In this document: in pieces, positions 1-9,345 of the stretch
Numbering within the stretch: the stretch's first letter is position 1
Layout of the letters: each line of letters opens with the position of its first letter
Source: Anaeroplasmataceae bacterium
GTDB taxonomy: Bacteria; Bacillota_I; Bacilli_A; Acholeplasmatales; Anaeroplasmataceae
DNA: 24,000 nucleotides
Assembly (NCBI GenBank): GCA_045126355.1
Contig: JBGVOE010000058.1
Span: forward strand, 9,121-33,120
Direction: 5' to 3'
The notes under the pieces: generated by a model
Told to the model about the DNA's origin: nothing
Database searches by the model: none
The model's input: the letters and a program-made list of their open reading frames with translations, nothing else
Position numbers and translations under genes: made by a program

Positions 1-1246
1 GAATTAACATTTTAATTTGATTTAATTCGTTTTCTAATCTACCAGGTAGAATAAATAAACCTTGAGCTTCAATTAAACCAATTGATTCTTTCTTAATAAT
101 ATGGAATTCTGGATGAGCATGGAATACACCATCAGGATACTCTTCTGTAGTAATATTATTTCTTAAAATAATACTCATTTCATAACCACGAGCTGTTTTA
201 ACAACTGTTGGAGATACAGCACTATGAATTCCTTCTTCATCAATAGCGATAATTCCTTGTTCTAAGTCAGTATAGTTTACCCATTTTTCTCTAATTTTTT
301 CACTAATATTAGCAATTGTTTCTTTGTTGAATGAAACTACTCTAAATACAGTATTTGGCCAGTTAACAATTTCAACAATTGCATCAGGATAAGCGCTACT
401 AGAAAATGTCATTTTTGCACCAGCTTTATGCATAGGTAGGATTTCTCCACCACCTTGATAATGGTCATGAGCTAATACACTTCCACCAATTCTAGGTAAG
501 GCTGCATTACTACCAATGAAATAATGTGGGAATTCATCAACGAAATCCATTAAACGATAAAAAGTACCATTATCTACATGCATTGGAGTATGTTCATAAC
601 TTACAGTAATACCATGTTGATAGAAATATCCATAAGGTGAGAATTGCCAGAACCATTTTTGACCAGCTAATGTCATATCAACAGTTCTTAATGTTTTCTT
701 ATTACGATTTTTAAATCCTTCATTTTCATGGCAAATAGTACATTTTGGATAACCGCCAGCTACACTATTACCTAATTTAGCTTTTTTAGCATCTCTAAAC
801 TCTGGTTTAGCTTTATTAATAGTAATAACTAATCCATTGTTGTCAAAACGAATATTTTGATCTAATTTTGCTTTTTTAACATAATCATTATTTACACAAT
901 ATTGATATAACCATTCAGTAGCTTTTTCACTTGATTCAGCTTTAATGCTATTAAATTTTTTATTAATTTGAGAAGGAAGTAATGATAAATAACCCATTAC
1001 TTGGTCATTTAAATATTCTAAATCTCCTTCTTCAGCAAGGTTTAATTCTAAAACTAAAGAATCAAATTGATTTAAAAGTTCAGATAAAGATTCATTGCAT
1101 TCAGTAACATTTGTACCAGCATAAGTATTAAAATCAAATAAAGCAAAAATGCTGTTTTTTACATAGTCTACATCATAGCTTTCTAAATCTAATTTCTCTT
1201 GTGCGTAAATAACTAATTTGTCAATAACTTCATATAATCTTTGCAT
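1..1246 (-). CDS. galT: Galactose-1-phosphate uridylyltransferase (long Firmicutes-type GalT), C-terminus cut by window edge
   Basis: The minus-strand frame is open from ATG 1246-1244 to the window edge (415 codons). It is absent from the ORF track because it has no in-window stop. SD AAAGGAG lies 7 nt upstream. My translation starts MQRLYEVIDKLVIYAQEKLDL and contains GGYPKCTICHENEGFKNR, FSPYGYFYQHGI, LAHDHYQGGGE and HAHPEFHIIKKESIGLIEAQG, the hallmark blocks of this GalT class. Confidence 0.9.
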   Translation of the reverse strand, partial: MQRLYEVIDKLVIYAQEKLDLESYDVDYVKNSIFALFDFNTYAGTNVTECNESLSELLNQFDSLVLELNLAEEGDLEYLNDQVMGYLSLLPSQINKKFNSIKAESSEKATEWLYQYCVNNDYVKKAKLDQNIRFDNNGLVITINKAKPEFRDAKKAKLGNSVAGGYPKCTICHENEGFKNRNKKTLRTVDMTLAGQKWFWQFSPYGYFYQHGITVSYEHTPMHVDNGTFYRLMDFVDEFPHYFIGSNAALPRIGGSVLAHDHYQGGGEILPMHKAGAKMTFSSSAYPDAIVEIVNWPNTVFRVVSFNKETIANISEKIREKWVNYTDLEQGIIAIDEEGIHSAVSPTVVKTARGYEMSIILRNNITTEEYPDGVFHAHPEFHIIKKESIGLIEAQGLFILPGRLENELNQIKMLI

Positions 1247-1294
1247 AATTTTTCTCCTTTTATTCATAAAGTATTTAGTTTATCTAACATTTTT

Positions 1295-1303
1295 ATTATA
1301 TCA
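1295..1303 (-). promoter_or_regulatory. Putative extended -10 element (TGaTATAAT) for galT
   Basis: The minus strand reads TGATATAAT about 45 nt upstream of the galT ATG and downstream of the 1379-1431 hairpin. The -35 region is poor (ATAAAA). TATAAT-like strings are common in DNA this AT-rich. Confidence 0.3.
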
Positions 1304-1378
1304 CATAAGATATAATATTTTATATAACAATTTTTCAAAAAATGATTAATTACAATAAAATATCTAATAAAAATTAAA

Positions 1379-1431
1379 AACTCCTTTCAATTTATAAGAA
1401 AGTTTTTACGCTTTTTTTAATGAAAGGAGTT
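1379..1431 (-). terminator. Probable intrinsic terminator after the GH43 gene (long-loop hairpin)
   Basis: Perfect 11-bp arms AACTCCTTTCA / TGAAAGGAGTT are separated by 31 nt. On the minus-strand RNA the hairpin is followed by UUUUAAUUUUUAU. It starts 7 nt after the GH43 stop. The large loop lowers confidence. Confidence 0.45.
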
Positions 1432-1437
1432 ATTATA

Positions 1438-2349
1438 TTATTTAATTATAATTTCATCACCATCAAAAATTAATTCTCCAACCCATGTATCAACTGTGTT
1501 CCACATAATAGTTTCACAACTAACATCCCAACCATGGAAGAATACTAATTTTTTACCATTATCATCAATGATAGAGCAGTGACCAGCACCTTTAACAATA
1601 TCATTACAAGATAATACTGGTTTGTCAAATTTATACCAATTATTTGCATCTAATGGATCGTTTCCTGTTAATTTTAAGAATGCAATACAGTATCCAACAT
1701 CCCAAGAACCAGAACCAGAGTATGCTAAATATAATTCGTTATTGTGACAGAAAGCAAAAGGTCCTTCATTAATAAATGGAGCTCCTTCTTCATCTTCAGG
1801 AGTACAAGCAATTTTTTCCCAATCATATGTAGGAGTTGAAATCATTACTCTTTCGCTTGAAATAGTAAAAGGATCACTCATCTTAGCAACATAAATATTT
1901 TGTCTTACATTGCGTTCTCCTTCCCATCCACTCCAGAAATATAGTAACTCTCCGTTATATTCAATTAAATTACCATCAATAGCCCATTTATTAGTGCTAT
2001 CAGTAAGCATTCCATGAACATGATATGTATCCATAGGATTATTTGAATTATTTTCTAATACATACATACGGTGATGATAATTATCACCATCATCACAAGC
2101 AACATAAATATAACATTTTCCATTCAAAATATGTAATTCAGGTGCCCATAATTCCTTAGAATATTCTTCTTTATCAGGAGTCCAAACAACTTTAGGAGTG
2201 GCACTTTCTAAACCTTCAATTGTTTCTGAACAAACCATTGATAATACTAAGCAGTCATGTGTAAAAATTTGATAATACATCCCGTTATGTTTAATAATAA
2301 AAGGATCTCTCGTTTTTGAATCATGTGTTGATCTTATAATTTTCTTCAT
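1438..2349 (-). CDS. Glycoside hydrolase family 43 (five-bladed beta-propeller), cytoplasmic
   Basis: 303-aa ORF with SD AGGT upstream. GH43 catalytic pattern: RDPFII (general-base Asp), WAPELH, AIDGN (pKa-modulating Asp) and INEGPF (general-acid Glu). No N-terminal signal peptide. Subfamily and substrate cannot be assigned by eye. Confidence 0.85.
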   Translation of the reverse strand: MKKIIRSTHDSKTRDPFIIKHNGMYYQIFTHDCLVLSMVCSETIEGLESATPKVVWTPDKEEYSKELWAPELHILNGKCYIYVACDDGDNYHHRMYVLENNSNNPMDTYHVHGMLTDSTNKWAIDGNLIEYNGELLYFWSGWEGERNVRQNIYVAKMSDPFTISSERVMISTPTYDWEKIACTPEDEEGAPFINEGPFAFCHNNELYLAYSGSGSWDVGYCIAFLKLTGNDPLDANNWYKFDKPVLSCNDIVKGAGHCSIIDDNGKKLVFFHGWDVSCETIMWNTVDTWVGELIFDGDEIIIK

Positions 2350-2419
2350 AATATACCTCGAATATTTATTTTATTTTTTATAAAAAATGCAAAATAACTG
2401 CATAAATTATTAAATCAAT

Positions 2420-3640
2420 CTAATTATAACATTTCTTTCTCTTAAATGAAATAAATATAATTCCAATAATAGTAATAACGATTAAAACAATTAAAAGCGT
2501 TGTAAAGACACTACTCCAACCAAAGAAATCAGCAATCTTACCTAATCCATAAGCACTTAGTGTACTTCCTAAATAACAGAAACCATTTAAAATACCAGCT
2601 AATTTTCCTGAGTTAATTTTATATTTCATCTCTAAGGGAACCATACTAGTAATAATATTATTAACACCTGCCATTAAGCATGAAGTTAATCCAAAACATA
2701 TAATTGTAACTGGTACTGCATCCAACTTTATAAAGATAATAACTATAACTAATAAAATAATTGCTGATGCATAAAGTAATGTACTTAATCCAATAAAATC
2801 TTTAATTTTTTTATGTAAATTAACTGCTAAAGCAGTTCCAAAAATTGCTAAAATTGGCAAACATAAAGTAAGTAAGATTGATAACCAACTTGGTGTATCA
2901 TATAATGAATCTAAAATATCAGGAGTCCAAACAGTAAGTCCATCTTTAACTAAGTTATTAGCTACAGCAAAAATTGCTAATACAACAACTAACATTCCTA
3001 AACTACTTATCTTATCTTTATTGGTAGTAGAATTAGCTTCCTCCTTAATTCTTACTTCTTCTTTTAAAGGAATTACTAAACGATTATAATTAAAAATCCA
3101 AATAGCTGAAACTATTAAAAGAATTATTGAGGCAACATAAAATGTAAACTTATAATTTAATGTCGCTACAAATAAAGCACTTAAACTATAAACAATAAAT
3201 GTTCCTATAGCCACCGTAGTTCCCATTGTGACAATAGCTTTACCTATTTTTTCTTTCGAAATAGTTTCAGAAAGTAATTTAATCAAGGATGTCCATAAAA
3301 AGGACATTGATACTCCATTTAATAACCAGATAAATTTAAATAATTCAACATTTTTACTGATTACAAGTAAAAAGTTTAAAATACTTGATGAAATCAAACT
3401 CGAAAATATAACTATCTTAGTATTATACTTCTTACATAAAAAGCCATTGACAACTTGTCCTATGCCATAAGCAAAAAAGAAAAATGTTGTAACTAAACCT
3501 GTTTGACCATATGTTAAGTTAAATTCATTGCCGATTTGGTTAATATTTGAATTGTAACTAAGTCTACCTATGTATGAACATGTATAAACTAACCAACATA
3601 ATAATATAAGTTGATTTTCTAATTTCTTTTTATTTTTCAT
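2420..3640 (-). CDS. MFS transporter (sugar or sugar-phosphate permease-like)
   Basis: 406 aa with about 12 hydrophobic segments in a 6+6 arrangement. The two halves are split by a charged central loop (PLKEEVRIKEEANSTTNKDK). It lies between glycoside hydrolase genes. Confidence 0.8.
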   Translation of the reverse strand: MKNKKKLENQLILLCWLVYTCSYIGRLSYNSNINQIGNEFNLTYGQTGLVTTFFFFAYGIGQVVNGFLCKKYNTKIVIFSSLISSSILNFLLVISKNVELFKFIWLLNGVSMSFLWTSLIKLLSETISKEKIGKAIVTMGTTVAIGTFIVYSLSALFVATLNYKFTFYVASIILLIVSAIWIFNYNRLVIPLKEEVRIKEEANSTTNKDKISSLGMLVVVLAIFAVANNLVKDGLTVWTPDILDSLYDTPSWLSILLTLCLPILAIFGTALAVNLHKKIKDFIGLSTLLYASAIILLVIVIIFIKLDAVPVTIICFGLTSCLMAGVNNIITSMVPLEMKYKINSGKLAGILNGFCYLGSTLSAYGLGKIADFFGWSSVFTTLLIVLIVITIIGIIFISFKRKKCYN

Positions 3641-3728
3641 ACTTTTATACCACTTTTTAAAATAATAATATATTTATATATTAACACAAAAATAATTAAA
3701 TAAAACAAAATTTCTTTAGAAAAAAATA

Positions 3729-3757
3729 AAACCGATAATTTTAACGATTATCGGTTT
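3729..3757. terminator. Bidirectional intrinsic terminator ending the sigA-trmK-tRNA unit
   Basis: Perfect 9-bp stem ACCGATAAT / ATTATCGGT (extendable to 11 bp by flanking A/T pairs) with a 7-nt loop. It is flanked by an A-run on one side and TTTTATTTT on the other, so either strand gives hairpin plus U-tract. It lies 36 nt downstream of the tRNA 3' end on the minus strand. Confidence 0.7.
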
Positions 3758-3792
3758 TTATTTTGACTGCTGTTAGCAATTATTAATAATAG

Positions 3793-3869
<77 letters not shown>

Positions 3870-3890
3870 AAGTTTGCCACAGCAATACAT

Positions 3891-3919
3891 ATTATACATT
3901 AGGTTTTATTGTTTGTAAA
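3891..3919 (-). promoter_or_regulatory. Putative sigma-A promoter for tRNA-Arg (TTTACA-17-TATAAT)
   Basis: The minus strand reads TTTACA (3919-3914), an exact 17-nt spacer, then TATAAT (3896-3891). This would put the start site about 15 nt before the mature tRNA 5' end. It sits directly after the trmK stop. Confidence 0.5.
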
Positions 3920-3926
3920 GTTAAAT

Positions 3927-4598
3927 TTACAAATTATTTCCTAAAATTTGTTTTATTTCATTAATTTTTTCTAATAATTTTTCTTTTGCAGTCAAATCTA
4001 AGACATGATTTAGTTCTTTTTCATATAAATGGAGTTTATTTTTATACATCATAATAAATTCTATAGAAATATTTTCTAATAGTTTAGGTCCATATTTTAA
4101 CTGTATTTCAGAATAAAGGGGAGCTTGTCCAGCGTAATTTGCAACAATAATTTGATAATATTTATAATCATGGATAACTTCTTCCATAACAATATTAAAA
4201 TTATTATCTACTAAAAACTTTCTAACTTCATATAAATCAGAATTAGGACATAATATTAGTCTTTTAGCACTTTTAGCACGCTCTAATCCCTTTTCTAAAA
4301 TTTCTTTTAATAACATTCCGCCAATACCACAAATCGTTATGACTTCATAATCTTTTGTTAAAGGTTCCAAACCATTACCTAATTTAGTAGAAATAATGGT
4401 ACTTAGATTTTTACTTTCAAGATTTTTAACTGCGCTAGCTAAAGGCATTGGATTAATATCTGTAAGTAATACTTCTTTTAAATTATACTCTTCTACTGCA
4501 TAAATACCTAAATAGCCATGATCACAAGCAATATCAGCTAGACTGTCATATCCTTCTATGTATTTAGCAATAGCTTTTAGTCTTTTTGAAATAGCCAT
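3927..4598 (-). CDS. trmK: tRNA (adenine22-N1)-methyltransferase TrmK (YqfN family)
   Basis: 223 aa. The N-terminus [33 protein letters not shown] matches the TrmK/YqfN SAM-methyltransferase pattern. It follows sigA directly, as yqfN does in B. subtilis. Its ATG overlaps the sigA stop (TAATG). Confidence 0.85.
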   Translation of the reverse strand: MAISKRLKAIAKYIEGYDSLADIACDHGYLGIYAVEEYNLKEVLLTDINPMPLASAVKNLESKNLSTIISTKLGNGLEPLTKDYEVITICGIGGMLLKEILEKGLERAKSAKRLILCPNSDLYEVRKFLVDNNFNIVMEEVIHDYKYYQIIVANYAGQAPLYSEIQLKYGPKLLENISIEFIMMYKNKLHLYEKELNHVLDLTAKEKLLEKINEIKQILGNNL

Positions 4599-5797
4599 TA
4601 GTGTTTATTCATGAAGTCACGTAATTTACGGCTACGTGAAGGATGTTTTAATTTACGTAATGCTTTAGCTTCAATTTGTCTAATACGTTCACGAGTAACG
4701 CCAAATTCTCTACCAACTTCTTCTAAAGTTCTTTGACGACCATCAAGAAGACCAAAACGCATTCTTAATACTTTTTCTTCACGATCAGTTAAACCTTGTA
4801 ATACTTCATTTAATTCTTTCTTTAACATTTCTTGAGCTGTATATTCATATGGGTCAAGTGCAGTTGGGTCTGAAATGAAATCACCTAAAGATGAATCTTC
4901 TTCTTCACCAACAGGAGCTTCTAATGAAATAGGTTCTTGAGCAATCTTTTGGATTTGTTGAACTTTTTCTACTGGAATACCCATTCTATCAGCAACTTCT
5001 TCTGGAGATGGTTCACGTGATAATTCTTGAACTAATTGACGTTGAACACGAACTAATTTATTAATTGTTTCAACCATATGAACAGGAATACGAATAGTTC
5101 TAGCTTGGTCAGCTACAGCTCTTGTAATTGCTTGACGGATCCACCATGTAGCATAAGTTGAGAATTTAAATCCACGATTAGAATCGAATTTTTCAACAGC
5201 TTTCATTAATCCCATGTTACCTTCTTGAATTAAGTCTAAGAATTGTAATCCACGACCAACATATTTTTTAGCGATACTAACTACTAAACGTAAGTTAGCT
5301 TCTACTAATTTGTTTTTAGCAACTTCACCTTTACGTACTAATTCACGAAGTTTTTCTAAATCTGATTCAGGAATTTCATATCCTTCTTCTTCAATTGAAG
5401 CAAGTTGTTCTTGAGCAATATTTCCATCAGTAATAACGTTAGCTAATCTAGTTTCTTCATCGAATGTAAGTAATTGAATTTTACCAATTTCTTTTAAATA
5501 CATTCTAACTGGATCATCATATTTAATAGTTGATGGTAAGATATCGAAATTTTCAATATCAATTTCTTCTTCAATTATATCATCATGAGGAATATCTATA
5601 TTTTCTTCATCTTCAGGAAAATCAACTTCTAAATCCACTGGAGAAAGAACTTCAATACCTTTATGTTCTAATTCTAAAATTACAGTACGATATTCTTCAG
5701 AATCTTTTTCGAAATAACGTGTAACGTCTTCTACTTTTAATGTTTTTGTTTCTTTTCCTAAACTAATAAGTAAGTCTAATTTTTGATTGAAATTCAT
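4598..5797 (-). CDS. sigA: Primary RNA polymerase sigma factor (sigma-70 family, group 1)
   Basis: 399 aa with an acidic region 1.1. Region 2 reads [18 protein letters not shown]...[19 protein letters not shown]. Regions 3 and 4 include [30 protein letters not shown]. Confidence 0.97.
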   Translation of the reverse strand: MNFNQKLDLLISLGKETKTLKVEDVTRYFEKDSEEYRTVILELEHKGIEVLSPVDLEVDFPEDEENIDIPHDDIIEEEIDIENFDILPSTIKYDDPVRMYLKEIGKIQLLTFDEETRLANVITDGNIAQEQLASIEEEGYEIPESDLEKLRELVRKGEVAKNKLVEANLRLVVSIAKKYVGRGLQFLDLIQEGNMGLMKAVEKFDSNRGFKFSTYATWWIRQAITRAVADQARTIRIPVHMVETINKLVRVQRQLVQELSREPSPEEVADRMGIPVEKVQQIQKIAQEPISLEAPVGEEEDSSLGDFISDPTALDPYEYTAQEMLKKELNEVLQGLTDREEKVLRMRFGLLDGRQRTLEEVGREFGVTRERIRQIEAKALRKLKHPSRSRKLRDFMNKH

Positions 5798-5812
5798 AAT
5801 ATAAAAATACCT

Positions 5813-7582
5813 CTACTTTCCTTTTTTATTGTTAATTCTGGCAAATCTTAATTTCTCATCTAAAGTCATTAATGTTTCTGGTGTACCTTCTAGTGTTTCT
5901 ACAACATATTCTTGAAGCTTCATGTTGTATTTAACAGTATTAAATCTTTCAATACAATCATTTAACATCTTATCACGTTTATCAGCATCATAAGAAATTA
6001 ATTCATTGACACCTTTCATAACTTCATAGATAAAATTATTTTTTGTCATATCATAACAGTATTTGTAAATCTCGTTATGTTCATTATTTAAACTATTATA
6101 AAAATATACGATAGCTTGATAAGTTCTAAGTATAACTTCATTTTCAATATAATTAGAAATATCACCAATTTCATTTTTAAAATAATCTAAGAAATTTTTA
6201 TTATAAGCAATGAAATAAATGAACCATTTTTCATGTGCTTTCATTTCTTTTGAAATTTTAGGTGTTTCTTCTAAAACTTCGACATTTTTTTGCCCACTAC
6301 CTTGTTTAAAATAGATATTGTAATCATTATAGATCGCATCATATGATACTTTTAAATCTATCGCTAATTGATGTAAATACTTTTCAACAAGTAAAGCTGA
6401 GCCACTTTTAAATAATAAATTAAACACAGTCTTCTTAACTTCTTCATAATCATATGCGACATTTAGATTTCTATTAAGAAATGCATTTGAATATAAATAA
6501 CCATAAACATCTTTTTGATTAGACTCAATAAATTCAAGAAAACTATCTTTACCTCTAGATTTTAGATATTCATCAGGGTCCATTCCATTTGGCAATGTAA
6601 TTGAATTAACAGTTAATCCTTTCAAAAGATTAAATGCTTTTCCAGTGGCTTTAATACCAGCACTATCTCCATCATAACAAATCAAAACATTGTTTGAATA
6701 CTTTTTAATAAGTGAGGCTTGTTGTTCTGTAAGAGCAGTACCTAAAGAACATACAACTTCCTTAATTCCAGCATTAGATAGTGAAATAACGTCCATTTGA
6801 CCTTCACATAAGATAACTCTTCCCATTTTTCTTATATGAGGAATTGCGTTATTAAGGTTATAAAGCATTTCACCTTTTTTATAAATTACTGTCTCTTGGG
6901 TATTAACATATTTACCACCTGATGTATCACCATCAAAAACTCTACCAGAAAAACCTAAGACATGTCCAGCCTCATCGATAATCGGAAACATTATTCGATT
7001 GAAAAACATATCATAGTAATCATTTTCTTTTCTAGTTATTAAACCAATGTCATGTGCATCAGTTAAAGAGTAACCTTTATCAGATAAAACTTTTGTCAAT
7101 GTCGTGTAATTTTTAGGAGCAAGTCCAATACCAAACATCTTTATCGTTTCCAAATCAAGTCCTCTTTTATTCAAATATTCTAAAGCTTCTTTTCCTGATT
7201 GAGAATTATGTAGGAAATGTTCGTAGAATTTTTGTGCAACTTGGTTTATTTCGTAATATTTAGAGTTTTCATCTACATGCTTGACAGTTTTTGTTCTTTC
7301 TAACTGTACGCCAACTCTATCAGCAAGTAAAAAGCACGCTTCTTCAAAAGAAACGTTTTTTATTTTCCTTAAAAAATTGATCGGATTCCCACCTTCACCA
7401 CAGCTCATACACTTAGCTATTTTTTTAGATGGAGATACGCTAAATGATGGTGTTTGATCGGCGTGAAATGGACATAAACCAAAATAGTTTTTACCACGTT
7501 TTTGTAAAGTAACAAATTCACTAACTAAACCAACCATGTCGGTTTTGTCAATTATCTCGTTAATCTTTTCTTCACTTATCAT
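5813..7582 (-). CDS. dnaG: DNA primase DnaG
   Basis: CHC2 zinc finger CPFHADQTPSFSVSPSKKIAKCMSCGEGGN and TOPRIM block VILCEGQMDVISL...ICYDGDSAG. I place the start at ATG 7582, which has SD GGTGGTGAT 5 nt upstream. The track's extra first codon is a TTG at 7585. Confidence 0.95.
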   Translation of the reverse strand: MISEEKINEIIDKTDMVGLVSEFVTLQKRGKNYFGLCPFHADQTPSFSVSPSKKIAKCMSCGEGGNPINFLRKIKNVSFEEACFLLADRVGVQLERTKTVKHVDENSKYYEINQVAQKFYEHFLHNSQSGKEALEYLNKRGLDLETIKMFGIGLAPKNYTTLTKVLSDKGYSLTDAHDIGLITRKENDYYDMFFNRIMFPIIDEAGHVLGFSGRVFDGDTSGGKYVNTQETVIYKKGEMLYNLNNAIPHIRKMGRVILCEGQMDVISLSNAGIKEVVCSLGTALTEQQASLIKKYSNNVLICYDGDSAGIKATGKAFNLLKGLTVNSITLPNGMDPDEYLKSRGKDSFLEFIESNQKDVYGYLYSNAFLNRNLNVAYDYEEVKKTVFNLLFKSGSALLVEKYLHQLAIDLKVSYDAIYNDYNIYFKQGSGQKNVEVLEETPKISKEMKAHEKWFIYFIAYNKNFLDYFKNEIGDISNYIENEVILRTYQAIVYFYNSLNNEHNEIYKYCYDMTKNNFIYEVMKGVNELISYDADKRDKMLNDCIERFNTVKYNMKLQEYVVETLEGTPETLMTLDEKLRFARINNKKGK

Positions 7583-7618
7583 CAAACATCACCACCCCTA
7601 CGACAATTATTTAATAAA

Positions 7619-8998
7619 TTAAAATTTAATTCTTGATGCAATATAGCTTTCTAAATCTTCTAATTTAACAACATCTTGAAGCATTGTATCACGATTTCTA
7701 ACTGTAACAGTTCCTGCTTCAATAGTTTGATCATCAATTGTTATACAGAATGGAGTACCGATTGCATCTTGACGACGGTATCTCTTACCAATTTGTTGTG
7801 TTTCATCATATGTAACAACAAATGATTTAGCTAATTGTTGATATACTTCAATAGCTTTTTCACTATGACGTTTTTTAATTAATGGTAAAACAGCTACTTT
7901 ATAAGGAGCTAATGCAGGGTGAAGACGTAATACTTCTCTTTCTTCTCCACTTTCTAATAACTCTTTATCATATGCGTTAAATAAAGTTACTAAGAATAAT
8001 CTTTCTACACCAACACTTGGTTCAACTACATATGGAATATATTTTTCATTTGTATCTGGGTCTAAATAATCAAGTGCAACTTTACTATGTTCTTGATGAC
8101 GACCTAAATCGTAGTTTGTTCTACTTGCGATACCCCATAATTCACCAAATCCCCAAGGGAATTTATATTCGATATCAGTAGTACCATTTGAATAGAATGC
8201 TAATTCTTCTGGATCATGTGCTCTTAAACGTAAGCTATCTTTATTAATACCTAAATCGTATAAGAATTGCATACACTTATTAATCCAGTATTCGTACCAC
8301 TCCATTTCAGTTCCTGGTTTACAGAAGAATTCCATTTCCATTTGTTCGAATTCACGTACACGGAAGATGAAGTTTCCAGGTGTAATTTCATTACGGAATA
8401 CTTTACCAACTTGACCAACACCAAATGGTAATTTCTTACGCATTGAACGTTGAATGTTTTTATATTGTACAAAAATACCTTGTGCAGTTTCAGGACGCAT
8501 ATAAATTGTATTTGCGCTATCTTCAACAACACCTTGGCTAGTTTTAAACATTAAGTTAAATTTACGAATTGGAGTATAGGCAACACTTCCACATACAGGA
8601 CATTTAACTTGATGTTCGTTTAAGTAGTTTAATAACTGTTCATCGCTCCAACCATCACCAGTTTCATTACCACCAGTAAAATCTTCAATAAGTTTATCGG
8701 CACGATGACGAGTGTTACATTTTTTACAATCTGTTAAAGGATCAGAGAACCCACCAACATGTCCAGTAGCAACCCATACTTCTGGATTCATTAAAATAGC
8801 ACTGTCTAATCCTACGTTATTAATATCTTCTTGAACCATTCTTTGTGTCCATAATGCTTTAATATTATTTTTTAATAAAACACCTAATGGACCAAAGTCC
8901 CATGAGTTAGCTAAACCACCATAAATTTCAGACCCTTGGAAAACAAAACCATAAGTCTTACAGTAGCTTACTAATTCTTCTAATGTTAATTCTTTCAT
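7619..8998 (-). CDS. glyQS: Glycine--tRNA ligase, homodimeric (GlyQS) type
   Basis: 459 aa. The sequence [41 protein letters not shown]...[25 protein letters not shown] is typical of the alpha2 class II GlyRS. SD AGAGGTG lies 6 nt upstream of the ATG. Confidence 0.97.
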   Translation of the reverse strand: MKELTLEELVSYCKTYGFVFQGSEIYGGLANSWDFGPLGVLLKNNIKALWTQRMVQEDINNVGLDSAILMNPEVWVATGHVGGFSDPLTDCKKCNTRHRADKLIEDFTGGNETGDGWSDEQLLNYLNEHQVKCPVCGSVAYTPIRKFNLMFKTSQGVVEDSANTIYMRPETAQGIFVQYKNIQRSMRKKLPFGVGQVGKVFRNEITPGNFIFRVREFEQMEMEFFCKPGTEMEWYEYWINKCMQFLYDLGINKDSLRLRAHDPEELAFYSNGTTDIEYKFPWGFGELWGIASRTNYDLGRHQEHSKVALDYLDPDTNEKYIPYVVEPSVGVERLFLVTLFNAYDKELLESGEEREVLRLHPALAPYKVAVLPLIKKRHSEKAIEVYQQLAKSFVVTYDETQQIGKRYRRQDAIGTPFCITIDDQTIEAGTVTVRNRDTMLQDVVKLEDLESYIASRIKF

Positions 8999-9032
8999 TT
9001 AAAACACCTCTGATTTCATAATATGACATTTT

Positions 9033-9061
9033 ATTGTAACACAATAAATTTATAAAGACAA
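9033..9061 (-). promoter_or_regulatory. Putative sigma-A promoter for glyQS (TTGTCT-17-TGtTACAAT)
   Basis: The minus strand reads TTGTCT (9061-9056), a 17-nt spacer, then TACAAT (9038-9033) preceded by TGt (an extended -10). This implies a leader of only about 35 nt before the glyQS ATG. Confidence 0.45.
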
Positions 9062-9153
9062 TAAAAACTTTAAATATATTTAATATTTAAATGAAAAAAA
9101 CACCAAAATAGTATAAAAATATATTATTTTTAATAAAATTTAAGGGTGATTAC

Positions 9154-9345
9154 ATGGATAAAAAAATTATGGAGTATATTAAAACTCATTACAAAGATAT
9201 TTATTTTACAATTTTATGCTATCAACTTTTCTTATGTATAATAACATTTTCCTCAATTAACTTTAAAATCTTTATCGCACTACTATTCTTTCTATCAGCA
9301 TTTATACTTATTGGTAGTTGGAAGTCAAGGTCAAAAAACGATTAA
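9154..9345 (+). CDS. Hypothetical small membrane protein (63 aa, two predicted TM segments)
   Basis: One of only two plus-strand genes. A good SD (AAGGGTGAT) lies 3 nt before the ATG. The protein has two hydrophobic stretches (FTILCYQLFLCIITFSSI and IFIALLFFLSAFILIGSW) and a basic tail KSRSKND. Its 3' end overlaps the convergent 9308-10204 CDS by 38 nt. I recognise no homology. Confidence 0.4.
   Translation: MDKKIMEYIKTHYKDIYFTILCYQLFLCIITFSSINFKIFIALLFFLSAFILIGSWKSRSKND

Noticed and set aside
1400-1420. Possible CcpA cre site (AAAAAGCGTAAAAA) between the GH43 gene and galT
   Set aside because: Apart from the central CG, the required outer TG...CA positions of the cre consensus are missing.
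1381-1430. GAAAGGAG / CTCCTTTC strings as a Shine-Dalgarno sequence for a hidden small ORF
   Set aside because: No ATG, GTG or TTG lies at a usable distance on either strand. The two strings are complementary and are better explained as the arms of the terminator hairpin after the GH43 gene.
2387-2403. Hairpin ATGCA-N7-TGCAT with a U-run between the MFS and GH43 genes as a terminator
   Set aside because: The stem is only 5 bp and mostly A/T, too weak to call. The MFS and GH43 genes may be co-transcribed.
3228-3470. 80-aa plus-strand ORF from the track
   Set aside because: It lies entirely antisense within the MFS transporter CDS. I see no SD, and its composition simply mirrors the hydrophobic codons of the opposite strand. 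No independent support.
5530-5724. 64-aa plus-strand ORF from the track
   Set aside because: It is antisense inside the acidic N-terminal region of sigA. The repetitive Q/L/Y-rich product is the complement of E/D/I codons. No SD.
8251-8532. 93-aa minus-strand ORF in an alternative frame
   Set aside because: It is embedded in glyQS, whose own frame carries the class II synthetase motifs across this interval. There is no SD and no reason to invoke overlapping coding.
9031-9047. Perfect palindrome TTATTGT-AAC-ACAATAA upstream of glyQS as a possible operator
   Set aside because: It coincides with the proposed extended -10 (TGtTACAAT). It is only 7+7 bp of A/T-rich sequence, so it is most simply part of the promoter or a chance match.
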